A model generated the notes under the pieces. It was not told where the DNA came from. It ran no database searches and was given only the letters and a program-made list of their open reading frames with translations. A stretch of 61,867 nt of DNA from Aestuariivirga sp. (lineage in GTDB: Bacteria > Pseudomonadota > Alphaproteobacteria > Rhizobiales > Aestuariivirgaceae), in contig JBIIGF010000001.1 in the NCBI GenBank assembly GCA_044236665.1, positions 1-61,867 of the forward strand, in the 5' to 3' direction. A program made the translations under genes and the position numbers. The first letter of the stretch is position 1, and the number at the start of each line of letters is the position of its first letter. This document shows positions 35,305-45,319 of this stretch, piece after piece.

Positions 35305-35568
35305 ATGCCATCTGCCGCATACCTTACAGCTGATGCCACCGTATCCGCGCATCGCGCTGTCGCAATCACCCCGAGCAATACGGTCGTGTTTGAGCAGCCG
35401 ACCCGTGGCATCTACGTCGGCAGCGCTGGCAACATCACCGCCGAACTGCCTGACACCGGGGCATCGATCCTCTTCGTCGGCCTTCTGGCGGGCGTCGTTT
35501 ACCCGTTTCAGGTGACGCGCGTCTACGCCACCGGAACCACCGCAGCCAGCTTGGTGGCGCTGTACTGA
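35305..35568 (+). CDS. Small beta-rich virion protein (spike-base-like)
   Basis: 'AITPS....TRGIYVGSAGNI...GVVYPFQVTRVYATGTTA'. Confidence 0.7.
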   Translation: MPSAAYLTADATVSAHRAVAITPSNTVVFEQPTRGIYVGSAGNITAELPDTGASILFVGLLAGVVYPFQVTRVYATGTTAASLVALY

Positions 35569-35569
35569 T

Positions 35570-38290
35570 ATGCTCATTGGTAGCACCATCAGCCTGAACA
35601 CCATGATGCTGGGGTCGACGTCGTTCACCCCGGCAACCCTGTTTTCCAGAGGTGAGCAGGGCGTCTGGCTGGACCCGTCCGATGTGGCCAACCTCAACTG
35701 GCTCGTGAACCTGCTGACGTGGACGCAGGAGTTCGACAATGTGGTGTGGCTGAGGGAGGGCACGCTACCAAGCGCAAACACAGCTATTGCCCCAGACGGC
35801 ACCCTTACCGCAGAGCTCTGCGCCGAGACCGCTGTAACGTCGACGCACGCAATTACGCAGACAATAACTCTTCAAGCAACTCAGCATGTGCTTTCCGTTT
35901 TCCTGAAAAAGGGGACCGGGGCAACTGCGCCAGATTGGATGCAGGTAACATTTGGTGGTGCCTCCACTGGATATGCGAATTTCAATTTGTCCACGGGCAC
36001 GGTCGGCTTCACATCTGGAGCGACTGCGACAATTTCTAGCGTTGGTTCCGGATGGTACAGATGCTCGGTTATTGTGTCGGTTGCCGCCGCCGGTGCCGCA
36101 AGCGCTCAAATTGTTTTCACCAACAACACCGACACCACAACACGTCGTCCTTCGTATGCCGGTGCGACGACCTCCGATGTCCTCATCTGGGGTGCGCAGA
36201 TTGAGGTCGGCTCCGTAACCACCCCCTACCAAGCCATCACCACCGTGAACGCTGGGGTTGTCGAGCGCTTCCCCCTGAACACTATGTTCCAAGATCGTAA
36301 TGGCACCACGCCTGTGACCACTCCGGGTCAGCTTGTCGGCCTTCGCTTGGACAAGTCTCAACAGCTGGCCCAAGGGCCGGAGCTGGTGGCAAATGGAAAC
36401 TTTTCCAGCGGCACTACCACGGGTTGGACGCCAGTCAACGCCACACTGTCGGTGGTAAACGGGACGCTTCGCCTTACGGTAATCACAAGCAGCCTAGGTG
36501 CAAGTGCTGGCACTCAGATTTCGACAGTAGTTGGTCGAACCTACAGATTGACTTTGACGTTTGTGGCGGACGGGGCGACAGGAAACAGTTTTGTCTATCT
36601 GGGATCGACAGCCGGGGGCTCCGAGTATTTTAACGCTAACCTCGGCAGCGTTGTGGGCACATACACGTTCGTCTTTACGGCAACAGCAACTACATCCTTC
36701 GTCACTGTCAGCACGTCCACTGCCTCCCTTTCTGGGGAAACAAACGACTGGGACAACTTCTCCGTCCGCGAGATCGCAGGCAACCACGCTACGGCTGTCA
36801 GCGATGCAACCCGTGGCACCTACGGCATTGAGCCGTACGGTGGGCGGCGGAATTTGCTGATTTGGACTGAGCAGTTCGACAATCCTGTGTGGACGAACTT
36901 AGTTGGTCCAAAGCCAACAGTAACGCCGAACGCAGCGGTGGCACCGGACGGAACCCTGACTGCCGACTTGCTGAACTTCTCCGCTCAGTTTCAGGCTATC
37001 AACCAAGGTAGTCGAACCGTTGGGACCGTTTACACTGAAAGCGTGTGGATGCGTGTCGCCAGTGGGACGCGCGTCATAAACCTCGTTAATAACGTCGGCA
37101 CGATCCTTGGAACCTTCACCGTCACCTCGACGTGGCAGCGGTTTTCCGCAACGTACACGGCAACTCAGATCGCAGCGGGCTGGCAGGACAGGAATGTCAG
37201 CGGGCCTGTTGGTGTTTTCATCTGGGGTGCGCAGCTCGAAATCGGCTCCATCCTGAACCCCTACCAGCGCGTGACCACCGAGTGGGACGTCACCGAGGCG
37301 GGTGTGCCCACGGTGCACTACCTTGAGTACGACAACGACGCCTATGTGACGCCCACGATTAATCCCTCCCTGAACCCCCCGCTGGGTCCGGAGTTGGTGT
37401 CGAACGGGGACTTCTCGCAGGGCTCGACGGGGTGGTCTGTGAATGGTGGGTGGTCCATTTCTGGTGGTTCTGCCAACGCCGCAATTCCGTCCGGCTTCGG
37501 CGACGTACGCAGCACCTACAACATCACCACAACCGGCAGAACGTACCGCCTCACCTTCACCGCAAACATCATTTCCGGCGGCGTCCGCTGGTATCTTGGC
37601 GGCGTGACGGCACCCGCCACAATCACCGCCAGTGGCACATACTCCATCCCCGTCACCGCGACCGAGGTGAATTATGTGGCCTTTATCGCCTATGGGGCTG
37701 GCGGGGCTTTCACGGGGTCCATCGACAACGTCTCCGTCCAAGAACTCGTCACCGACGAAATGCAAATCTTCGCCGGAACGCGAAAACTGTCGGATGCGGC
37801 ATCCGGTATGGTGGCGGAGTTCAGCTCCAGCATCTTCTCTTTCCCCGGCGCGTTCAACTTGCTGGCACCCTCAGGTGCCTTTGCAAACTATCAGTTCTCG
37901 TCTGCAGGGACGGCCATCGCCGCCGTAGCCCCAACCGGGTATACGGCCCCCATCAGCAACATCCTGACGGGCCTCGGCGATATCTCCGCCGACGTAACAA
38001 CCTTGCGCGTCAACGGTGTTCAGGCTGCCACATCGTCTGCCGACCAAGGCACCGGCAGTTACGGGGCATACCCGCTCTACATCGGCGCTCGTGGAGGGAG
38101 TTCGGTCTTCTTCAGGGGTCGCGATTACGGCATCATCGTGCGGTTCGGACCCAACCTGAGCAACACCATGATCTTGGACACCGAGGAGTGGCTGGGCAAC
38201 AAGACCGGCGTACTGTATGTTCTGTGGAACGGTGTGTGGCAGGATCAATACACTTGGGTAGACAACCTCAATTGGAACGACGGAGTGTAA
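35570..38290 (+). CDS. Head spike or fibre protein with duplicated carbohydrate-binding-like modules
   Basis: Two 'NLLxWTxxFDNxVW..APDGTLTA..IWGAQxExGS..PYQ' and two 'GPELVxNGxFSxG..GW..DNxSVxE' modules. Confidence 0.7.
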   Translation: MLIGSTISLNTMMLGSTSFTPATLFSRGEQGVWLDPSDVANLNWLVNLLTWTQEFDNVVWLREGTLPSANTAIAPDGTLTAELCAETAVTSTHAITQTITLQATQHVLSVFLKKGTGATAPDWMQVTFGGASTGYANFNLSTGTVGFTSGATATISSVGSGWYRCSVIVSVAAAGAASAQIVFTNNTDTTTRRPSYAGATTSDVLIWGAQIEVGSVTTPYQAITTVNAGVVERFPLNTMFQDRNGTTPVTTPGQLVGLRLDKSQQLAQGPELVANGNFSSGTTTGWTPVNATLSVVNGTLRLTVITSSLGASAGTQISTVVGRTYRLTLTFVADGATGNSFVYLGSTAGGSEYFNANLGSVVGTYTFVFTATATTSFVTVSTSTASLSGETNDWDNFSVREIAGNHATAVSDATRGTYGIEPYGGRRNLLIWTEQFDNPVWTNLVGPKPTVTPNAAVAPDGTLTADLLNFSAQFQAINQGSRTVGTVYTESVWMRVASGTRVINLVNNVGTILGTFTVTSTWQRFSATYTATQIAAGWQDRNVSGPVGVFIWGAQLEIGSILNPYQRVTTEWDVTEAGVPTVHYLEYDNDAYVTPTINPSLNPPLGPELVSNGDFSQGSTGWSVNGGWSISGGSANAAIPSGFGDVRSTYNITTTGRTYRLTFTANIISGGVRWYLGGVTAPATITASGTYSIPVTATEVNYVAFIAYGAGGAFTGSIDNVSVQELVTDEMQIFAGTRKLSDAASGMVAEFSSSIFSFPGAFNLLAPSGAFANYQFSSAGTAIAAVAPTGYTAPISNILTGLGDISADVTTLRVNGVQAATSSADQGTGSYGAYPLYIGARGGSSVFFRGRDYGIIVRFGPNLSNTMILDTEEWLGNKTGVLYVLWNGVWQDQYTWVDNLNWNDGV

Positions 38291-38293
38291 ACC

Positions 38294-40768
38294 ATGGCGA
38301 CCTTTAGCAACGGCGAAAGCGGCTTCAGCGTCCGCACCAAGATCAACGACGTCCTCCAGCACATGGACGGCACGGCGGGCACTCTTGTCGTCAACGAGGC
38401 CGGTGCCGACGTCGACTTCCGGGTGGAGAGCGACACCAACATCAACGCGCTGTTCGTGGACGGCGCGACTGGCAACGTGGGTCTCGGGACGGGTGTGCCT
38501 AATGCACCTTTGACCGTGAATAACCAAGCAGACAACTCTACTGTTGCTGTTTTACACGCAGGTGGAGGGACCCCGAATAGGGGTTTGAAAGTGTCCACTT
38601 TCACTAACGTCAACCAAAACGCAGGTGTGTTGCTTGATGCGCAAACGACCATTGGTGGCGCAACTCTCGCATTTGCTAACGCTGGCACCGAGCGCATGCG
38701 GATCACCGAATTGGGCAACGTCGGTATCGGGACGAGCGTGCCGATCAACTTTGGCGCTGGGTACACCACCCTGCAAGTGAGCGCATCGACCTCAGGCGCA
38801 ATCAGGATTTCCAACACGGCCCTGACAAGCCTGTGCGACTTCTTTACGGACGCAACATCAACCGTTATCCGACCCGGAGCTGGAAATGCCTTGGTCTTGG
38901 CCTCAAACGGCACCTCGCGCATGTGGATCGATGTGTCTGGTAACGTTGGGATTGGTATGACGCCAAACCCATGGGGCGTTGGAAGGACCCTGCAACTCGG
39001 AGCCCCGAACGGTAGCTTCGTTTTTGGTCAAAATCTTCAGGCGATTATCGGATCAAACGCCTATTTTGACACGACATGGAGATATGCCGGAACTGGCGTA
39101 TCCACTCGTTACGAGCAAACGAGCGTTGGCTCTCACACTTGGTTCACTGCACCCTCTGGCACTGCTGGGAACCCGATCTCGTCCACGCAGGTAATGACAC
39201 TGGATGCGGGTGGCAACCTCGGGATTGGGACGGTGTCTCCTTCGGCGCGGTTTCACGTCCTTGGGGGTGGTGGATCGATCAACTCCGTGTTCGACAGCAG
39301 CGTTGGCGACACCCGCATCGAACTGAGGACCGCTGGAACTCGGGCTGGTTACATCTACTGGGACGCAAGCGAAAACCGCTTCTTTGCCGACAGCAGCCGC
39401 TTCACCACGTTCTATACCGGCGGTTCCGAGCGTATGCGCCTCGACAGCGCAGGGGACCTTGCCTTGGGTGACACGGTCACCAATGGCTACAGGCTCACAG
39501 TAGGCCGCCCGAACCCAGCACGCGGTATCCTTGCTAATATCTCTAATCAATCAACATCTGCTCAAACTGGATCGCAGGTGGTCTTCACCCAAAACGGCAT
39601 CGCCAACTGGGTTATTGGCCAGCCCGCCGCCGTCAGCGCGTTTTCAATTTGGTCTGGTCGAAACGCCGGACAAGATGGTGTGGAACGCATGCGCATCGAC
39701 GACGCAGGCAACCTTGGCCTTGGAACGAGCAGCCCCTCAGCGCGGCTGAGCGTGGTCGGGGCGGCTGGAACCAACCTAGTTTCCACGCTCACCTCGGCGG
39801 TAAACACAGGTTCGTACATCGGGTTCCTTGATACGACCACTACGGATCGTCCGCTAATCGGCGCTCTGGGTGACAACTTTGTTGCGCGAACCTTGGGCGT
39901 AGAACGTATGCGCCTTGATACCGCAGGCAACCTTGGGATTGGGACTACCTCCCCTTCTGGAAGGCTCCACGTTGAAGCTGGGTCGGTTACTCAAAACCTC
40001 ATTGCACCCACTGGCAATGGCACATTTAGGATGGCCGACAGTCCGGGTGGCGCGAACCGTAAAGAGTTCACCATTATTCTGGACAACGCCAATAACCGTG
40101 TCGATATACAGGCGGTTCAACAGGGTATCGCTTCGAGAGACATCACGATCAACGGGACCGGTGGCAACGTCGGCATTGGGACGACGGCCCCAGCCGCGCG
40201 ACTGAATGTGAACGGCGGTAGCATCTTTGTAACCGCATCCGGCACCTACTCTGAACCCGCTGCCATTGCCGGTGTCATTGCCTTTGACAGCGCCAACGGG
40301 GACCTGAACATTTCTGCCCGCTCCAGCGGTGGCAACACCTTCACGCGCTTCTTTACCAGCAATGGTGGGGCGGGCGCAGAGCGCATGCGCATTGAAAACA
40401 CGGGCAACCTGCTTGTCGGTACGACCGCCACAACCGGCTCCGCCAGCAACACTGCCCTGAGCGTGAGTGGGGGCTTCAGGACGGCCTCCGGGGGGGTTGC
40501 CACCACTAACGGGATTGCTGCAACGGCCTTCTCGATCACCGCCGGAAACCGTGGGCGGTATGATGTCGTCGCCATGATCAACAACAGCGGTGACGCAGCC
40601 CAATACGCCTCGTTCGCGACAGTCTTGTGGGATGGCTCTACGGGCCGCATTGTGGCAAACAACGCGACCAACCTCACTATCACCCTGTCCGGCTCCAACG
40701 TCCAAGTGACGCAGACGTCCGGTACAGGCCAAACCGTAAACTGGTCCTTCACACGGATCGCATCATAA
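38294..40768 (+). CDS. Long tail fibre protein
   Basis: About nine 'ERMRI..xGNVGIGTxxP' repeats; 'ADVDFRVESD'. Confidence 0.8.
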   Translation: MATFSNGESGFSVRTKINDVLQHMDGTAGTLVVNEAGADVDFRVESDTNINALFVDGATGNVGLGTGVPNAPLTVNNQADNSTVAVLHAGGGTPNRGLKVSTFTNVNQNAGVLLDAQTTIGGATLAFANAGTERMRITELGNVGIGTSVPINFGAGYTTLQVSASTSGAIRISNTALTSLCDFFTDATSTVIRPGAGNALVLASNGTSRMWIDVSGNVGIGMTPNPWGVGRTLQLGAPNGSFVFGQNLQAIIGSNAYFDTTWRYAGTGVSTRYEQTSVGSHTWFTAPSGTAGNPISSTQVMTLDAGGNLGIGTVSPSARFHVLGGGGSINSVFDSSVGDTRIELRTAGTRAGYIYWDASENRFFADSSRFTTFYTGGSERMRLDSAGDLALGDTVTNGYRLTVGRPNPARGILANISNQSTSAQTGSQVVFTQNGIANWVIGQPAAVSAFSIWSGRNAGQDGVERMRIDDAGNLGLGTSSPSARLSVVGAAGTNLVSTLTSAVNTGSYIGFLDTTTTDRPLIGALGDNFVARTLGVERMRLDTAGNLGIGTTSPSGRLHVEAGSVTQNLIAPTGNGTFRMADSPGGANRKEFTIILDNANNRVDIQAVQQGIASRDITINGTGGNVGIGTTAPAARLNVNGGSIFVTASGTYSEPAAIAGVIAFDSANGDLNISARSSGGNTFTRFFTSNGGAGAERMRIENTGNLLVGTTATTGSASNTALSVSGGFRTASGGVATTNGIAATAFSITAGNRGRYDVVAMINNSGDAAQYASFATVLWDGSTGRIVANNATNLTITLSGSNVQVTQTSGTGQTVNWSFTRIAS

Positions 40769-40792
40769 CCCCAACCAAGAAAGGAGATCACG

Positions 40793-41005
40793 ATGGCCGA
40801 GAAAAAACCAACCGTCATCACGATCAACGACGTCGACTACACCGAGGACCAGCTGACCGACGAGCAGAAGGTTCTCATCAACCATGTGGCCGATCTGGAC
40901 CGCAAGATCGGTTCGACGCGCTTCAATCTGGACCAGCTGCAGGTTGGCCGTGAGGCCTTCATGGGCATGCTGACCACCTCCCTGAAGAAGGATACGGAAG
41001 AATGA
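40793..41005 (+). CDS. Small fibre-associated coiled-coil protein
   Basis: AAGGAG RBS; follows the fibre gene. Confidence 0.7.
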   Translation: MAEKKPTVITINDVDYTEDQLTDEQKVLINHVADLDRKIGSTRFNLDQLQVGREAFMGMLTTSLKKDTEE

Positions 41006-41310
41006 CCACAACCACCACTTGGAACATCATCCAGCTCGACCGCATCGTTGCTGACGGTGGTGTGATCGTTGCCCACTGGACCGCGACCGCCGTTGACGAT
41101 GACTACACCGCGTCGTCCTATGGTAGCGCGAGCTTCGCCGCACCCGACCCCGAGGCACCGGGCTTCATTCCCTACGAAGACCTGACCGAGGACGACGTGC
41201 TGGAGTGGGTCTGGGCGGACGGCGTCGACAAGGACGCCACCGAAGAGACTCTGGCTGCAAACATCGAAGGTCAGAAGAACCCCGTGGTCCTCAGCGGCGT
41301 TCCGTGGTGA
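41002..41310 (+). CDS. Small acidic fibre-associated protein
   Basis: 'FIPYEDLTEDDVLEWV...GVPW'. Confidence 0.7.
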   Translation: MTTTTTWNIIQLDRIVADGGVIVAHWTATAVDDDYTASSYGSASFAAPDPEAPGFIPYEDLTEDDVLEWVWADGVDKDATEETLAANIEGQKNPVVLSGVPW

Positions 41311-41333
41311 CCTCAAACTGAAGGAGTTGGCTG

Positions 41334-41585
41334 ATGCCCAAGACCCCTGCGTGGACCCGTAAGGAGGGGAAAGACCCCTCTGGAGGCCTGAATGCTAAGG
41401 GCAGGGCGTCAGCCAAAGCCCAAGGCATGAACCTGAAGCCACCTGCGCCCAATCCCAAGACCAAAGAGGACGCTGGCCGCAAGAAATCGTTCTGTGCTAG
41501 AATGTCCGGAATGCCGGGTCCGATGAAGGATGAAGGCGGCAAGCCGACAAGGAAAGCCTTGTCCTTGAGAAAGTGGGATTGCTGA
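41334..41585 (+). CDS. Small basic phage protein (DUF6321-like)
   Basis: 'AWTRKEGK...GGLNAKGRAS...RKKSFCARM...SLRKWDC'. Confidence 0.7.
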   Translation: MPKTPAWTRKEGKDPSGGLNAKGRASAKAQGMNLKPPAPNPKTKEDAGRKKSFCARMSGMPGPMKDEGGKPTRKALSLRKWDC

Positions 41586-41587
41586 CC

Positions 41588-42268
41588 ATGTCGACAAGCG
41601 GAACCTATGACTTCAACCCGAGCTTGGGCGAGATCACGATCTACGCCTACATGAACATCGGTATCCGCCCGACCTCCATCGTGCAGGAGCACATGGAAAG
41701 CGCCCGCATGGCGACCAACATGATGCTTGCCCGGTGGGCAAACCAAGGGGTCAACCTCTGGGCCGTCGATCTGATCGAGCAGCCTTTGGTTGAAGGGCAG
41801 GCGGTCTATCCGGTCGACCCCACGACCGTCATGATCCTCGACGCCTACATCCGCACCGGCAACGTCGACCGACCCATCATGCCAGTGAGCCGTACGGAAT
41901 ACGCATCGTACTCCGTGAAGGATCAGCAGGGCTTTCCGACCGTGTTTTGGTTCGACCGACTGGTGTCCCCAAACATAACCCTGTGGCAGGTTCCGGCGGC
42001 GACTGGCCAGTACACCCTGCGCTATTACCGGGTGCGCCGCCTTCAGGACGCCGATCTTGCCAACGGGCAGAACGTGGAAATCCCGTATCTGTGGATGGAA
42101 GCCTTCGCTGACGGCCTGACGTACCGCCTTGCTCGCATCTGGAACCCTCAAATGGCTGTGCCCCTGAAGGCTCAGGCGGATGAGAGCTATGGCATTGCTG
42201 CGGCGCAGAACGTCGAAAACGTCAATACCTACCTCTCGCCGATGATTGGCGGTTACTTCAGGAACTGA
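41588..42268 (+). CDS. Head-tail connector / adaptor-like protein
   Basis: 'TSGTYDF', 'WANQGVNLW', 'SRTEY', 'GLTYRLA'. Confidence 0.65.
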   Translation: MSTSGTYDFNPSLGEITIYAYMNIGIRPTSIVQEHMESARMATNMMLARWANQGVNLWAVDLIEQPLVEGQAVYPVDPTTVMILDAYIRTGNVDRPIMPVSRTEYASYSVKDQQGFPTVFWFDRLVSPNITLWQVPAATGQYTLRYYRVRRLQDADLANGQNVEIPYLWMEAFADGLTYRLARIWNPQMAVPLKAQADESYGIAAAQNVENVNTYLSPMIGGYFRN

Positions 42269-42270
42269 CC

Positions 42271-42771
42271 ATGGGATACGCATCCAAGGCCGGACGGGCG
42301 AGAACATCGTCCAGAAACCCTCAGGCACACGCCATATGCGACCGCTGCGGCGGTCGTTACAATCACGTCGATCTAGCTTTCCAGTACGACTGGGCTGGCG
42401 CGACCATGATTAAGAAGAACCTTCTGGTGTGCCGCAGCTGCATGGACACCCCGCAGCAACAGCTGCGCTCCATCATCCTGCCGGGCGATCCGCCGCCGAT
42501 CATGAACCCGCGTCCCGAGAACTACGCCAACCTGTCGACCGATTACCGGGTGACCTCTGGCATGGATACGGTCAACGCCAAGACCGGCATCCCGGTGCCC
42601 GGCGGTGACTTCCGCATCACCGAGAATAACAACAACCGCGTCACCCAGCAGACCGGCTTCGCGAACGGCAGCCTCAACCAGCAGCCCGGCACTGACCCCA
42701 ACGCCCCCGGTGACAGCGATCCCGGTTTGCCGTATGGTAACACAACCGTTCCAGAGACAGGTCCGATCTGA
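42271..42771 (+). CDS. Zn-finger-containing virion-associated protein
   Basis: 'AICDRCG...LLVCRSCMD.PQQQL...PRPE'. Confidence 0.65.
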   Translation: MGYASKAGRARTSSRNPQAHAICDRCGGRYNHVDLAFQYDWAGATMIKKNLLVCRSCMDTPQQQLRSIILPGDPPPIMNPRPENYANLSTDYRVTSGMDTVNAKTGIPVPGGDFRITENNNNRVTQQTGFANGSLNQQPGTDPNAPGDSDPGLPYGNTTVPETGPI

Positions 42772-43949
42772 TGTCGAACATTCAAATCCCCAACCTCCCA
42801 GCTGTGGCAGGTCTGTCCGGTGCGGAGCTTCTCGAGGCTGTGCAGGCCGGGTCTTCGGTCAAGATCAGCCTCAATCAGATTGGTGCGCTCTTCCAGATCG
42901 GCGCTCCCGTGTCGTTCCCGCTGCAGGTGGCCATCGGGGGCACCGGGACAACGACGTCAACCGGGACTGGCTCTGTTGTCCTGTCGAACTCGCCCACCCT
43001 TGTGACGCCAACCCTTGGCACCGGTTCCTTCGCCCTCGGCACCGCAGCCGCACCATCCATCACCTTCACTGGTGATCTCAACACAGGTATCTGGTCGCCC
43101 GGCGCAGACACGGTTGCAGCCTCAACGAACGGCGTGGAGCGCATCCGGATTACTTCTACCGGCCTTGTCGGAATTGGGACGAACAACCCGACATCCCTTT
43201 TGGACCTCTACAACGCCACGTCCTCCATCCTGAACGTCTCGGGCGACAGCACGGTGAGCATCCTTTCGTCGAGGGCATCAACGGACGCCACCCCACCCAA
43301 CCTGAACTTCAGGAAGTACAGGGGTACGATTGCGTCACCGGCGGTCGTGATCGCCAATGACGTTGTGGGCAACTCAAACTACTCCGCTTTCGATGGGTCT
43401 GGCCTCGTGAACGTGGCGCAGCTCCAAGTTGGCGTTGAGGCCATATCTGTCCCCAACGATGTCAGCGGGTACTTCAGGTTCTTCACCCGCCCCGCCGGTA
43501 CGCTCGCAGTGCTGACCGAGCGCATGCGCATCACCTCCACGGGCAACGTGGGGATCGCCACGGCCACCCCAATCACGCCCCTGCACGTCGCCGGAGCCAG
43601 CATCACCACCGGCGTGGTCTACGCCAACCAGCCCGCGCAGACCTCAATTGCCGTTGCCTCCACGCTGACCATTGCGCAGCTTCTGACGGGCATCATCCAG
43701 TACACCGGCGCTTTGGCCACGCTGACCCTACCGACCGGCACGGACATCGAGGGTGGCCTCCCTGCCACGTTCCCGACCAACATGTCCTTCGACTTTTCGG
43801 TCATCAACACGGGCTCTGGGACGGCAACTCTCGGCACGGCAGCTGGCCTGACCCTCACGGGCAGCATGGCCGTCACCGCAGCCGCATCCGGCCTGTTCCG
43901 TGTCCGCAAGACTGCGGCCAACACCTACACCATCTACCGAATTTGCTAA
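42771..43949 (+). CDS. Short tail fibre protein
   Basis: 'GTAAAPSITF.GD.NTGIW.PGADT', ER[IM]RITSTG repeats. Confidence 0.75.
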   Translation: MSNIQIPNLPAVAGLSGAELLEAVQAGSSVKISLNQIGALFQIGAPVSFPLQVAIGGTGTTTSTGTGSVVLSNSPTLVTPTLGTGSFALGTAAAPSITFTGDLNTGIWSPGADTVAASTNGVERIRITSTGLVGIGTNNPTSLLDLYNATSSILNVSGDSTVSILSSRASTDATPPNLNFRKYRGTIASPAVVIANDVVGNSNYSAFDGSGLVNVAQLQVGVEAISVPNDVSGYFRFFTRPAGTLAVLTERMRITSTGNVGIATATPITPLHVAGASITTGVVYANQPAQTSIAVASTLTIAQLLTGIIQYTGALATLTLPTGTDIEGGLPATFPTNMSFDFSVINTGSGTATLGTAAGLTLTGSMAVTAAASGLFRVRKTAANTYTIYRIC

Positions 43950-43964
43950 GAGGGAAGACGCCGG

Positions 43965-44207
43965 ATGACCCCTGAGACACTCTGGAGCCTCGGCCTTAGC
44001 GCAGCACTCGGCCTCATCGGCTGGGTGCTGAAAAACCATGTCGAAGAAGTAAAACGCCTGCAAATCCTTCTGAACCGCACCCGCGAGGAAGTGGCCAAGG
44101 AGTACGTCACGCGAGCCGACATGCACACCGACATGAACCGGGTCATCACCCGCTTGGACAACCTTGACAACAAGATCGACGCCTTGCTGCGGAGCTTGGC
44201 AAAATAG
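43965..44207 (+). CDS. Membrane-anchored coiled-coil protein (lysis cassette)
   Basis: N-terminal hydrophobic helix, then coiled coil. Confidence 0.6.
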   Translation: MTPETLWSLGLSAALGLIGWVLKNHVEEVKRLQILLNRTREEVAKEYVTRADMHTDMNRVITRLDNLDNKIDALLRSLAK

Positions 44208-44229
44208 GACACCGTTAAGGGAGGCTGCG

Positions 44230-44421
44230 ATGGTACTAGAACACTGGGTATGGCCTTTCGCTGCCGTGGCTATAGGCCTTCTGTTTTGGTTCAGCGGAGA
44301 CGGCTGGTACAGATACCCATGCCAAGACCCCGCCAACTGGGGTGCACTTGAGTGCCAGCCACCAATCTGCCTTCGCACCAAAAACTGCGCTGAAGACCTT
44401 ACCGGAGGGGTTGCACCATGA
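44230..44421 (+). CDS. Small membrane-anchored Cys-rich protein
   Basis: GGAGG RBS; TM helix then 'YRYPCQDPANW..ECQPPIC....C'. Confidence 0.6.
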   Translation: MVLEHWVWPFAAVAIGLLFWFSGDGWYRYPCQDPANWGALECQPPICLRTKNCAEDLTGGVAP

Positions 44422-44687
44422 GGAAGAATGATCCCGATTTTCTCGAGGCCAAGCTGCGCTACTTCGTCGGCGTTAGCCTGACACTGATCCTTGGCGGCAG
44501 CATCTTCATCATCCTATACAGTTTGGTGTTCGTGACGCAGCCTTTGGGCGAAAGCTCTGAGAACGACCGCGCCCTGTTCTCCATCCTGACGCCCATTGCC
44601 AGCTTCATCACTGGTGCCTTGGGTGGTGTGATGGCAGCGGGCAACACCCGCAAACGTGATGAAAACAATGGGGGGACCGACGAATGA
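44418..44687 (+). CDS. Two-TM holin-like protein
   Basis: Two hydrophobic segments and a charged C-terminus; upstream of the endolysin. Confidence 0.55.
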   Translation: MRKNDPDFLEAKLRYFVGVSLTLILGGSIFIILYSLVFVTQPLGESSENDRALFSILTPIASFITGALGGVMAAGNTRKRDENNGGTDE

Positions 44688-44911
44688 TCGGTAAAATTAT
44701 TGGAATGTTCCTTGGCCGTAAGGTCAAAGAAAAGGCAGTCGACGCCGTACTGGACAAGGTGAACCTGCCTGACCCGGTGGAGAACGCCATCAAGATTGCC
44801 GCGACCGGAAACGTAGGTGACCTGCTCGGTGGCATACCAATCGACGTCGCTCCGGAAAAAGCACCCGAACAGGTCACCAAGAAAGTGCGCGTCAGGAAGC
44901 CGAAAAAATGA
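44684..44911 (+). CDS. Hypothetical protein
   Basis: Coupled ORF. Confidence 0.6.
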   Translation: MIGKIIGMFLGRKVKEKAVDAVLDKVNLPDPVENAIKIAATGNVGDLLGGIPIDVAPEKAPEQVTKKVRVRKPKK

Positions 44912-45309
44912 AGTGGCTTGCCCTGCTTCTTCTGACGGCTGCGCCTGCCCATGCTTATGAGATCACTCGCGTGATTGACGGCGACACGGTCGAAATCGTG
45001 GTGGATTTTCTGCCCGAGCCCCTTCCGCCTAAGCTGTCGATCCGGGTTATGGGTGTCGACACACCGGAGAAGGCACCGCGCGCTCAGTGCGATGTTGAGG
45101 CCGCCAAAGCTCAGGATGCCACCAAGTTCACCAAGAACGCGGTGGCCAACGCCCTTGAGACTGAGGTCGTGATCCTCAAGTGGGACAAATACGGTGGCCG
45201 GGTGCTGGGCGAGGTCTACTTGGACAAGCAGAGCCTGTCTGAGATGCTTATCGCTGCGGGACTTGCCCGCCCATACAAAGGTGAGGCCAAGTCCTCGTGG
45301 TGCGAATAG
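44908..45309 (+). CDS. Thermonuclease (SNase-like) with a signal peptide
   Basis: 'MKWLALLLLTAAPAHA' signal; 'RVIDGDT', 'IRVMGVDTPE', 'DKYGGRVLG', 'GLARPY'. Confidence 0.85.
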   Translation: MKWLALLLLTAAPAHAYEITRVIDGDTVEIVVDFLPEPLPPKLSIRVMGVDTPEKAPRAQCDVEAAKAQDATKFTKNAVANALETEVVILKWDKYGGRVLGEVYLDKQSLSEMLIAAGLARPYKGEAKSSWCE

Positions 45310-45319
45310 GAGAACTTAA

